Of a stretch of 64,000 nt of DNA, positions 51,324 to 64,000 are shown one piece after another. The DNA lies in NCBI RefSeq assembly GCF_026210795.1, contig NC_089430.1, positions 3,286,001-3,350,000 on the forward strand. The letters are read 5' to 3'. A model generated the notes under the pieces. That model was given only the letters and a program-made list of their open reading frames with translations. It was not told the origin of the DNA and did no database searches. Position 1 is the stretch's first letter, and each line of letters opens with the position of its first letter. Origin of the DNA: Rhizophagus irregularis (Eukaryota). A program made the position numbers and the translations under genes.

Positions 51324-52790
51324 GTGCCGATTTTTGGAATTAGTCTAAATTAAGATTTTTATAAAAATTTAATATTTTAGTAAGATTAACATTACACAAA
51401 TCTAAATTAAATATGTGTTACATATTTACGTAACTCAGATTTATTAAAAAATAAAAAAAAATTTTTTAATCAATATTCAAAAATAACGGTAATAACCACT
51501 TCTTTTTCCCATCACTCCCATCACTTTTCCATCATTTTTCTATTCACTTTTATTAAATATGACAAAAAAGTTTATAAGCAAATATAGCAGTTATTTTTAA
51601 GTGGTAAGTAAAAGAAAAAACTTAATATTTTATATACATAGATAAGACATATTTTTTCATAATTTTTAGCATTAATTTATTGTTTTTTCTTTGTAAAAAA
51701 TACATGCAAGTAAAAAATAATTATGATGTAAAATAGTTGTAAAATGAATAATAAGATATTCTTTTTTTTCAAAATAACTAATTATATATTTGTTTTTTAT
51801 CTTTTAAAATTATTTTATTAGATTTATTCTACTAAAATCCTTAAATGGCAAATAAAATCTTTTAAATAAAGTAAAAGAATTTGGGATTCTCTTATGAAAG
51901 CATTTTTTGGTAAGAAATAAAATTTTCAGATCGGACTTTATGCAGGTGACAAAATCGTGCATTATTATTCCTGGAGATATGCTAACGTCATCATTTTACA
52001 TTCATTTGAAAGCTGAGAATTTGCTCTATCGTAAGAATCAAAGATCAGGAAAATTGGATCACTGGATGAGGCGTAATTAACGATCAAAGTCAAATCAAAT
52101 TTAAAAATTAAAAATAAATATATTAGACGTAATTATTCACAATCCAGTGATTCAATTCATTCGATTTTAGGCTTATTAGATAGACCTCAATTTTCTCTTT
52201 CAAATGAATATAATTTCATTCGTGTAGCTTGCATTTACAGGTATTTAATAAATTTTTTTATATCAGATTTTATCAAACTTACAAAATTTTATATTAATAA
52301 TATAATTGATGATTCCTAAACATCTACATATATTAAACGAATTATTTTAAATTTATTTTAAAGATAAAAGTTGGCATCACCTTAGTGAGCAAAGATCATT
52401 CAAATTGAATCACTATATGTGAAGTAATTAATGATCAAATTTAGATAAAATTCAATAATATACTGAACGTGATTACTGAACAACTAGTGATTCAATTCAC
52501 TTGATTTTAGATTCATTAGATAGATCTCGATTTTCTCTTTCAAATGAATGTAAATTTATTTGTATAGCTTATTTCTACGAAGAATTATCAATGATTTTGT
52601 CATGAGAGTTATATTTGATCTTTTAAATTTTAATGATATCTTATATTAAAAAAAAATTAAAAATTATATAATTAATTAGTTTTTTTTGCATTATCTGGTA
52701 TAAATTTATTATTCTTATATAAATGATAATTTATATTTGCTTTAATAAAATTATTTTTGTGTAAAAAAATTAGATTCCAAGGATCGGCCC
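51324..52790 (-). mobile_element. ~1.46 kb non-autonomous element, copy 2 (inverted)
   Basis: Near-exact reverse complement of 47300-48757. Confidence 0.85.
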
Positions 52791-53407
52791 ATATGGAATA
52801 TGAAAACCCTAAAAATAATCCTATGGTTGAAGTGATAAAGATGATTCTATATTAGATAGTGACAAAGGTGAATATCATGATACTAAATTGATAATATAGA
52901 AATTACATTATGTTTTAGTATGCAATTTTAGTTATAGAACAAATTAGAAACTCACCTTAATATTTATGTTATTTAAGAAGGTTTTTTTTACAAAAAAACA
53001 AGGCTTGAATATTACATGAATTAAATAGAAATGGACAATTTTACAGATGAAAAACAAGTAGTACAGCTATTCTGATTTTTTGAGGAAATTAATAATATTT
53101 AAATTTTTTAATATCACATACTTTTAACAGCTTAAAACTAAATGAAACCAATCTTTTTTTTTTATGATGCTTATTTGATTAATCAAGAATATATAGAACA
53201 GGTATGAAATAATTGATTATTTAATGACATGATATTAAGATTAAGGTGTAGGATTAAGGTTAGGATTAGTTAAGGTTAGGATTAGAATGTAAAATTGTAT
53301 AGGATTAGAGTGTAGAATTGTGTGGGATTAGAGTATGGAATTAAAATTAGAATTAGGGCTTAGAATTAGGGTTAGGCTTAGCATGTTTATTGTTGCTAAC
53401 TTTATTT

Positions 53408-53748
53408 TAGAGGTTGGAACTGACCAAAAAAACCTTATTCGATTAATAATCGATTAGCCAAAGGCCCTAATCAATTAATAATCGATTAATATTAAAATAT
53501 TAAAAATTTTTTTTTTTGACTGCAGATTGCACCAAATTGTTTTTGATCATACATTTAGTTATAGGAAAGTCTTATTTATTATTATTATCATTAAAAAATT
53601 AATACAAATTCAGAGAACACGTGACCAAAAATTCACAGCTCTGGGCCGCATTAGATAATTTGACCAGAATTATAGGTTGATAATTTTAATCGATTAACTG
53701 ATTTTTGAAATACCTTAATCGATTAACCTTAATCGATTCCAAACTCTA
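53408..53748. mobile_element. hAT MITE
   Basis: TAGAG termini; perfect TSD CTTTATTT. Confidence 0.85.
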
Positions 53749-55228
53749 CTTTATTTATTTTTTTTTTTAATTTTTGATTGATAGTTCAACTTGCAAAAAT
53801 GGATTCTGGAAATATGATTATGAAATTAAACTAATTCTACTCAAAAAATTTGATTAAAAATATGCTATTAGATGCAAATTAAACCTGAATTATTACCAAC
53901 ACATTCACAGTTTATTATTTTATTATACCAGTGTAAATATCTGCTAAAACTATATCAAAGTAAAGGAGCATCACAAAAAATAATTAAAGAAAACAAAAAA
54001 AATCAAAATGTTAATATAAATGATAGCATTCTGAAAAAATTATGAAAGTGTAGAGGTTTTGTTATGATTTACGAAATTGCAAGGTTCTTAGCAAAAAAAT
54101 TGATGTTATATTATATGTAGATAATTAATTTAGATGTTATAAATAAATTTTATGGTATATACCATATCAATAATAATATGGAGGTGTTATCACATGTGGG
54201 CAATTTTCTTTAAAAAATTTACTTTAATTTTAAGTTTTATTAATAGCATATTGGTGTATCAACTTTTTTGCACTGGACCATATTTTCTTAGATAGTTTAA
54301 ATAATTCTGTATATTTTACTTTAAAATGTTAATTTAAAATTCCATATATTAAGATACACTTAAAACTTTTTACTATTTAAATATAAATATAGTAATTAGA
54401 TTTATATTTTAAAGTAATTTATCTGTAGTAATATTTGGTTTCAAATACCAATAATTAAAAGAAATTATATAAAATATTGCAAATAGTAAATTTATACTAA
54501 TATTAAAAAAAAAATGTTGGTAAATTAATCCTTTGTAATTCCTGTAATATATTATACCAAAGTTGAAGAATCAATTCAAATGGTATATTTTGTATTAATG
54601 ATGCAAATAGAATTTGACATATATTATAAAAATATAGGGTGTAAGTTATTTATTTAATTCTATTATAATTAATAGTATTTTAAAAAGTTTAATAAAAAAT
54701 TTAGGTTAGCATTATGGATTCGGCGGAATTAAGAAAATTTTGGCTAAAATTACAATTTAAAGGTGATTTTTAAGTTTTACTTATCCGATCTCTTAATTAA
54801 TAAGCCAGCATATTTAAACTTGTTCCAATTAAAAATGTAAGATATTTTATAAAATATAAAAATTGGTTTGTAAATACCAGGTTAATTTCTTAATACTAGT
54901 TGAATAAAAAGTTCATTTATAATTTTCTTTTAAATATCTTTTCAGGTTTCAATTTTAAATTAAAATTATTACTTTAAGGCGCACCTAATTTCATCTCTTC
55001 TAATTAGTGCATTTATAAAAAGTAATGAAACTTAGCTATACTTGTTTATATATTTTCTTTTTTTTTTAAACAAAAAATTGCTTAATAATATAAGAATTGG
55101 ATTGTTATAAACATTGATTCAGATCTAATATCATTAACATTTATTATTGTAGTAATTACTTTTTTTTTTTTAGATATTAACGCAAGTTTGTCACATTTAA
55201 CGTGACATCTAAAATTAAGAAAAGTATA

Positions 55229-57916
55229 TTAATTGGAAATATGAGAGATTCCATTAGTCTTTGATTTACTTTTTACTACGGATTTCCGTTCCGCAGAAGC
55301 CACCACAAATCCATGAAAAGGGGGCGAAGGTTTAAGGGGACGACTAAGATATTCAGGATGATATTGAGTAGCGACATAGAATGGGTGACCTAATAACATG
55401 TTAAATAAATAAATAAATATTGAAATCAAACAATATGTTTACAAAAATAAATGAAATAACTTACCCTTAAGCTCCATTATTTCCATCCTATTTCCAGTTG
55501 TATCGCGCCCTACAAAATGTAAACCTTTTTCTTCAAGTGTTTGCACGTACTTAGGGTTAACTTCATACCGATGTCGATGGCGTTCAGAAACATGATGGTC
55601 ATCTCCGGAGATAAGTTCAGCACTCTCATAACATTTTCCTTAATAAACCATAAACAAAATTTCAATATCAGAAATTTATTTTTTGAATTTATGCTCTTAA
55701 TGCTTACGTATTTTTGACCACGATTCTGTTCCGTCTTGGAAAATAGTGGGCCTTAATCCCAGTCTCATTGTTCCGCCAAGATGTGTCGTTGAAATTTCAG
55801 GCATATTAATAACGACCTGATGCTTCGCATTTTTGTCAAATTCTTCTGAATTAGCAGCTATCATTGTTGAATCACAAAATAAATTATTATATTCGCAGTA
55901 TGCTGTATAAAATAATTATAATATACCTTCGAGACCACAAACATTGCGAGCAAATTCGATTACAGCTACCTGTAACCCTAGACAAATTCCTAAGCAGAGT
56001 AAGAGCAAACATTTTTACGAAATCAATTAATAAGTTTTTTTTTTTTTAACGAAAAGTCAAATTAATAAATATACCTAAATATGGAACTTTATTTTCACGT
56101 GCAAATTTTGCTGCGGCAATTTTGCCTTCTGTGCCACGAAATCCAAATCCTCCTGGAACTAAAATACCGTTAGCAGACCTTAAATTTTCCCATGATTCAC
56201 GGTACTTTTCCGGATTTTCTTTTTCGTATTCTGCTTCTAAATATGAAGCTTCAACCCACTATTCAAATTAAAGAAATATGATATTTTACGAATTAGTATA
56301 TTATTTATGCACTTATTTAAGAATACAAACATAATCTTACATACTTTAAGATCTATCTTACGTTCACAGTTTAATCCAGAATGTTCAAGTGACTTTTTGA
56401 CAGAAAGATATGAATCCTGAAGATTTGTATATTTCCCTACCAAGACAATTACAACGGGATGTAAAAAACGATCATGACTAAAAGAAATCAATTTGATTAA
56501 ATGTTTAATCGATAATATAGCATCCATAATCCTACAAAATTGCGTACTCTTCTGTTAATTTTGTCCATTGCTTCAATAAATTTTCTCCTTTTTCGACTTG
56601 AGTTTTAGAAATCAGGATTTTATCCAACTTGAGTCTATTTATTAGAAAATCTAAAACGCCTTGTTCTTTTAATAAGAGAGGAACATGATAGGTCGAGGAG
56701 ACGTCTCGAACAGAAATTACCTTAAGATGGATCAAAATTAATCAATAGACTTCAATATGAAAAATTATATCACCACATTATTTTATTTATTTTAACACAT
56801 ACTTGTTCTATTCCAACATGACAAAACATTGAAATTTTATTTTGAACTTCAACTTCTAATTTTTGGGAGCAACGACATGCGATCTGAAAGAAAATTGAAT
56901 TTTTATTATCGAAAAGAAGTCAAAATACTAATAAATAATATTAAGTCACAAATTTACCAAGTCGGGTGATAATCCTAAAGCTCTCAATTCTCTTACGGTA
57001 GCTTGAGTTGGTTTAGTTTTTTGTTCACCTACAGGACCAATAATTGGAACAAGTGCCACGTGACCTAGTGCAAAATTTTCTGATCCAACTCGAAATTGAA
57101 ATTGGCGCATTGCTTCAATAAATGGGGCGGATTCTATATCACCGACAGTGCCGCCCAACTTAAGGTTTCACGATGATATCTTTATTTAAAATTAATTTAG
57201 AATAAAAACAATAAAAGATTGCAGCTATACCTCAATAATGCAAACGTCAGGTTTTTCACCACTTTCATCAACAGGTATTGATGCTACTCGTTCAATCCAA
57301 TTTTGCATTGCATCAGTTATGTGAGGAACCTAAAATAGGTCGATCGGATCAATAAAATTTATTTTTTTAATGATAAATGATGAAATATTATATAACATTA
57401 TACCACTTGTACAGTCTTGCCCAGATATTCACCTTTTCGCTAATTGGATAAAAAAAATAGTAAATTAGGAAAATGAACATGCTTGAAAAAGATAATACAA
57501 TCAATTTATTTGATTTTAGGTATAACCTCCTTATTGATAACTTCTTGATAAATCTTGCCGGTTGTGATGTTATTATCTTTCGTAAGAGTTATATCGAGAA
57601 AACGTTCATAGTTTCCTAAGTCAAGATCGACTTCCCCGCCATCATTTAATACAAAAACTTCACCTATTGGATAAGGAATGATTAAAATATACCGATTTAT
57701 ATCCATGACTTTCATGAAAGTAAACAAACCATGTTCAAAAGGACTCATAGTTCCCGCGTCGATGTTCATATAAGGATCGATTTTTATAGCAGTAACCCTT
57801 AACCCGATAGTTTTTAATAAGAGACCCAAAGAAGAAGCAAATATTCCTTTCCCAATACCCGAAATAACACCTCCGGATATCAAGATATACTTTATTTTCT
57901 TATCAAGGTTTCCCAT
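55229..57916 (-). CDS. URA7: CTP synthase, 13 exons (57916-57730, 57663-57527, 57439-57404, 57329-57231, 57158-56958, 56883-56803, 56720-56548, 56477-56345, 56258-56075, 55989-55927, 55857-55708, 55638-55465, 55389-55229)
   Basis: [73 protein letters not shown]; all introns GT-AG. Confidence 0.95.
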
Positions 57917-59446
57917 GTTTGATATAAACACAAGGTAATGATATTCGTAGGTTTATAAACAAAGTAAAGAAGAGCAAATACGAAAGAAAGACACTTGAAT
58001 ATTAAGAGGAGAGAAAAAAAATTTTTTTTATTTAATGTTTTGGGCCCAGTTTGTCATCACGACAACTGGGAAAGAAACCAGATCTTCATAAAAAAATTTT
58101 CATTATATACTTTAAAAAATTTTTTTTTTGTGATACGACAATGCACGACTCATTACATCATCATTACTGTAAACGCGCATTAATAAATGAGCATAATTTC
58201 CTATTTTCTTGTTATTTGTCACGTGATAGATTTTTAAACAAGTACAGTATTAGTAGTATGATTATATATTAAATGAAAATAATTCATGATTAATTATAAA
58301 ATAAAATAAAATAAGGTGGTATTATGTTTTTATTTAATTTAAAAGTAAAAATGTAATTACTTTATAAATAGTATACAAGATTGATAAATAAAAGCATGAA
58401 ACTATATAAAACAAACTACCTTTATAAAATAAGGATTAACCAGTTATTATATTAAAAAAATCTTATGTTTATTAAATTAAAATTTAGTTAAAATAAATAA
58501 TAATAAGTATAATAATATAAAACTTTTTTAAAAAAAATATTTATTAAAATAAAAAAAAGTTCACATTTATTTTATATTAAAGAATCTTGTTTAAAAACTT
58601 TCATATTTATTTATTTTAAAAAAATATCTTTGTATTTAAAATTTCATATTTACTTATTAAAAAAAAATTTTTGTACTGTCAGTATTTATTTGTTAAAATA
58701 TATATAAAAAATATTACTTTTTATAAAAAAGAGTTTTGCTAACTTGCCCTTTGGGTTAAATAACTTGGGTTAAATTACCTTCCTAAAATTTATAATTTAT
58801 ATTAATATTTTTTTTTAAAAAAAAATTATTCATGTTATTATTTATTTCACTTTATATAGATTTTATTTTATTTGAATATTATAGAATATAATAACTAATT
58901 TTTCTTATATTTTTAATAATGTTTCTCATTTTTTATTGTAATTATAATTTACATTTTTTTTTTGAAAATTTGGGTAAAATAGGACCCCAGATATCTCCAA
59001 AACAGGTCATAAGTCACACTTTTGGCAAATTGGCTCATTTTCAAAAATCGTTTTTTATAAATATCTCGGCATCTAGTGATCCAATTTTGATAAAATTTTT
59101 TTAAAATTGTAGAGCTAAATGAGTTTCTACAAAATAAAAAAAGTTCATTAAAATTGAATCACTGAATGCTGAGATATTCACAAAAAATGATTTTTTGAGT
59201 TTCAGCAAAAAGGAGTATTTTTGGCCAAAAGTCTATTATAACCTTTATATTAGATATCTGGAGTTCTAGTAAAATTATAAAATTTACTAAGAAATTTTAA
59301 TTTTTATATAATTAATAAATAGTATAATTAGTTTTATTAGTAAATTTTATGTTGTAAAATATTGTATTTTTTTTTTTTTTTAGATGATCTATATAAAAAA
59401 AAAAAAATATAAATAAATTTTAAATTTTAAATATATTAATTTTTTT

Positions 59447-59813
59447 GAGAATTACTAAACTTAACCTGAGGGAATTTTCCTCCCCTTTCTTTTTATTTCA
59501 ATTTTTAATTAAAATATTGACTTGTATAGTAATTTAAGAATAAGATTATATGTAAATTTATGAAAAGAAAAGGTTTTATTAAGTTAAAAAGGGTAGTTGT
59601 TCAGATGGTTTTTGAGAAAATTACATAATTTTGATTTTATAGTTAAATTGTATTTTTCATGATAAAAATTTTTTTTAAAACCAAAAATTGCCAAATTTTT
59701 ATGCGATTAATATCCACTTATATTTATTTTATATATTTCATAAAAAAAGTTTATTTTTTTTAAATTTTTAAGGGGAGGAGGAATTATCCCCCCGGTTAAG
59801 ATTAGCAATACTC
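59447..59813. mobile_element. MULE-type MITE
   Basis: ~40 bp imperfect TIR starting GAG; 9 bp TSD AATTTTTTT. Confidence 0.65.
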
Positions 59814-60599
59814 AATTTTTTTTTTTAATATATAGGTGCCAGAAATTTACATTCAAAAATAATTATATTGTTTAAAAATATTTACCACCTTAAAAAAACA
59901 AAATTTTAAAAAACTAAACCAGTAATTTTATTTTTTAAAGTAAATATTATTAAATTACTAGCCAGATTTTTAAATAGATATTTAAATAAAAAATTATGAA
60001 CATTTAAATTTGAATAATTTTTATATGATTAATTTCATTTTAAAATATATAATAAGCTAAAATTTTTTATAATTTAAAATAATAATATTATAAAAATATT
60101 TTATTAATTATTTTAAGAAAATAATTAATTATAAAAAAATTATTATATATATATATAAATATTTTTGAAGTTGGAAAAATTCTTTCATGTAAATCTCATT
60201 TCCAAAAATTCACATGAAAGGTAAAAATAGTTTTTTGACAAAAGTGTTTAGGAAAATTAACACAAGTAAGAAATAAACATTATTTTTAAAGAGTTCTCAA
60301 CCTTATCTTTTTAACCATGTCAATAGTAAATGTAACTATTAAATATTTTACCACAGAAGTTAAAAAAGAAATTAAAGTATAGCTTTATTACTCAGAAATG
60401 TTAACCTATTATAAGACAAGTTTACCATATTTTACAGACTACAGTACCTTTCTTATTACAGTATTCTATAAAAAAGAACTTCTATTTTCTACTGATTTTA
60501 CTATTTAAAATAATTTAATAAATACCTAGGTATTACATATGATAAATACCTAATTATATATAAGTTTTATATATATCTACTAATAATAAAATCTCATGC

Positions 60600-61380
60600 A
60601 ATAGTGGAGGGTATAAGGTCAAAACCTCTGAAATCGTATTATACTGCAAGTGACGATGGTTTCCATTATACGGTAATTATATACTAAAAGTTTTCTTAGA
60701 AGAATAGCGCTAAACTTCTTTAACACCTGACTATCTATTGAAGAAAAGGAAGAAGAACCAAACTTTTTTGCTAATATTATAGAATTTTTCAAAGCATAGT
60801 CATATATAACAGCTATTTTGACTTTTAAATGAACTATTCCAAATATTGCCAGATTTTTTCAGCAAGAATCAGTCAGAATAACAAAAAGAAGTCAATAGGA
60901 AATGCGGCTGATATGAACTTCATTATAGATTATAATGACACAAATTCAGCTAATAATGACTCAGATTCACTTAATATAATAATTTCTGATAATACATCAT
61001 ACCAATTATAATAAGTACAATTTCTTATAAAGAAAATTATTACATCACCTTAAATTCCATTTAGACAAAAATGTAGAAAGGAAAAAAAGCTTAAACAACA
61101 AGCTGAAATTGCAGATTTTTTATTAATAAAATCTCTTTAGATTAGAAAAAGCTTTTCTTACAAAGTACTCTTGAGGATTTGAGATTAAGCAGATTAGTAT
61201 CTAAGCCAAAACCTACTTCTATAAAGGAGAAAAAAACTAAAACTGTCAAGAATACTAAGAAAAAGGTAACATACATAATAACTAGATATCAATCAATAGG
61301 ACTGATCATAGCTAATATTAATGATATTATTATTTACGATATTTTTTCAACCTGAAATAATACAGACTTCATCAGAAAGT
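60600..61380 (+). pseudogene. Heavily decayed coding relic, possibly non-LTR ORF1
   Basis: Fragments KKVTYIITRYQ..INDIIIYDIFST*; many stops. Confidence 0.3.
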
Positions 61381-63061
61381 CATAAAAAAAATATTTATTA
61401 AACGTATATCAGTTATTTAATGTACATCATAAAGAAATGTTAAACATCAGATTCTGCAATATACTACTGATATTATAATATTTGATATACATCACTTGTC
61501 CATTAACAATATACATTATTTTAAAGATAATAAACATTATATCAATATTTTATTATTTATGTTAATATCAATGTTAAATATTATTGAATAACAAATTATT
61601 TTATTAAATTACATTATCTATACTAAAGTCTACTAAATCTTTATAACTTTACTAATCTAATTAATTCAAAAATATTAGTTAAATGTTTCTATTAAAATTA
61701 ATAATGTTTTTGTAAAAAATAAAAAAATGGTAAAATTTCTAAAGTTTACAAAGAAATCACCCTTTACAACATTTCTAATTGAATCCTTTAAAATTTATAA
61801 AAAAAGCAAAAAAAAAGAAAATTCAGTGTTTTTGTTAAAAAAAATAAAAAAAAAAGGTAGGTTTTGCAACGAAACTTACCACTTTTAAATTAACTCAATA
61901 CTTTAAAGGATTTACAAAAAAAAATTTCAAAGTTATTTTTCAAAATTTACTGATTCTATCATATCTTAGTGTCCTAAGAAGTACAATCTACAATAAAAGA
62001 TAAAAAAAAAGTATTAATAAAAAAAATTAAAAAAAAATTTCAAAAAAAAGTTTTGAAGAAAAACTTCAAAACTTATATAAGAAGCTGACCCAAATTTCGA
62101 AAACAATTCCTACAAATAAACAAAAGAAGAAATGATTAGTTTTTTTAAAATAAAACAAAAAAAATTTAAAAAAAAAGTTTTAAAAGTAAACTAAACTTTC
62201 AAAATTTACTGATCATATTCACAAAAAAGCAGTGCCTACAAAAAAAGAAAAAAAAAGATTAAAATAATTTTAAAAGTTTTAAAAGTAAACTTTACTTTCA
62301 AAACTTACAAATCATATCATTTAAAATCTGGAAAGTTCAATCTACAATACCTGCAAAAAAAAATCAAAAAAATCAAAAAAAAAATAAATAAATACCATAT
62401 ATCCAAGATGTTGATCTACAGCAAGGTACCATTTTACAAAAAAGAAATCATTAAAGTCAGCTATTTAATATCAAAAAATTTAACCAAAGAAGTTCAAGAA
62501 GCCATTATGTAAAGATATTCTTAGTTTATTAGTTTCATCTAATGAGTTATATATTAAAGAAGTATCAAAAAATTATACAACTATATTCAAGATTATTTAA
62601 TCGAACCAGAAAGAACTGAAGTTCAATATCAAAAGAACAAAAAAAATATCTACAAAAAAAAAATTATCAAATAAATTTCAAATAGAAACTTACCATATCA
62701 ATATTTGCATATCTGAATTCATGCTAAAGTAACTGATCTTACAAAAAAATAATATAAAATTTAAAAAAAATAAATTAGGAAAAAAAAGTTATATTTCAAA
62801 TTTCAAATCAAAATTTACCATATATTTAAATTCCAAAGCTGAAAAAATTGATACCTACAAAAAAAACAAAAAAAATTAAAAAAAAATAAATTAAAAAACA
62901 TAAATTTTGAATCAAAGTTAAAAAACTGGACCTCTACAAAAAAATATTAAAAAAAACATTAAATCGTTTCTTATATTTAAAATAAAAAAAAATTTTTCTT
63001 TTCCCATTTCTCACTACCTTAAAGTCCAGTTTTGTAATATTCAAGCTGACATCTTCCTAAT

Positions 63062-63533
63062 TAGTGATTGGAATCGATTATCATTATTAGAATCGATTTT
63101 AGAATCGATTAATCATCAATTAATCGTTAATCGAAATTATACTACTGTCAGTCACGTGACTATCAAAATTATTAAGATCGACATAAAAAATTTCCTTTTT
63201 GGGAATTTTGTACAACATAACTTGAATTTTATTGGATAACAAAATTTCCTTTTTTTGGATTTTTGTTAATGTCACGTGACATCGACCTAACTTCTTATTA
63301 ACGAACTACCTCAAAATATCACGAAACAGCCGGCATTAAGAAATTAAGAAATTAACTATGTGACAAATAATGTGTGACAAATAGGCCAATACTTGTAGGG
63401 TACACAGGGAAAATCTTATTAACGCTACTGCGTCACAATAAGTAAATTCGATTTTTATTCAATAATCGATTTAAAATTGATTCTTATCGATTTTTGATAA
63501 ATTCGATTATTGTAAAATCGATTCCAATCTCTA
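63062..63533. mobile_element. hAT MITE (ATCGAT-rich subtermini)
   Basis: TIR TAG(T/A)GATTGGAATCGATT; perfect TSD TTCCTAAT. Confidence 0.9.
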
Positions 63534-64000
63534 TTCCTAATATATGTCTATCCTACAAAAAAAATAATAATAAAAAATGTTAAGTTGTTTCTTAAATTAA
63601 AAAAAAAAATCAAAAAAAAATAAATCAAAAAAAATATGTAAGTTTTAAAATAAAACTTATATTACTTTCAAAAAAAAGAGGTGAAAGAAAAGTGTGAGAA
63701 AAAAGATGGATGTAAGAAAAAGAAAATAATGAAAGGGGAAGGAAAAAACAATAGGAAAAAGAAAGAAAGTAAAGAAGTATAGGAGAAAGAAAGAAGGAAA
63801 AGGGAAAAGTTTAAAAAAGATAATCTTTTTTTAAACTTTTGATATGTATAACGCATAATGACATAATATTTAATTTTAACCAACATATAATTATAAATTA
63901 TGATTGAATTATTTAATTTTACTAGTCAAATATAAGCCAAATTTTACTAAGGCTGAATATTCCTTTTTCAACTAATGAGAAAAGAGGAAATGTGAGAAAG

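Noticed and set aside
47295..52801. Composite transposon with 1.5 kb TIRs and 6 bp TSD GAATGT/GAATAT
   Set aside because: Each arm has its own TIRs and ATAT TSD, and the middle is the inverted right half of the flanking Harbinger

Overview
AT-rich eukaryotic DNA with short GT-AG introns. Style and repeat content suggest an arbuscular mycorrhizal (Glomeromycota, Rhizophagus-like) fungus; this is inference. The only clearly conserved housekeeping gene is a 13-exon CTP synthase (55229-57916, -). Most of the rest is nested, C-to-T-eroded mobile DNA: Plavaka, CACTA/EnSpm Tnp2, Zator, pogo, Harbinger, LINE relics and many MITEs with readable TSDs. Removing nested MITEs by their TSDs at ~26.6-39.6 kb reveals a compact, intronless, virus-like element. 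It carries a Polinton-type integrase C-terminus with chromodomain, an A32-like packaging ATPase, and a retroelement-type Gag plus aspartic protease joined by a -1 slippery site, with no RT. Other highlights: an intact but catalytically divergent, N-truncated RanGAP paralogue; TE-borne tandem exon-intron arrays whose splice signals sit in hairpins; and a 2.6 kb inversion between two inverted TE copies. Family assignments come from motifs read by eye, not from database searches.
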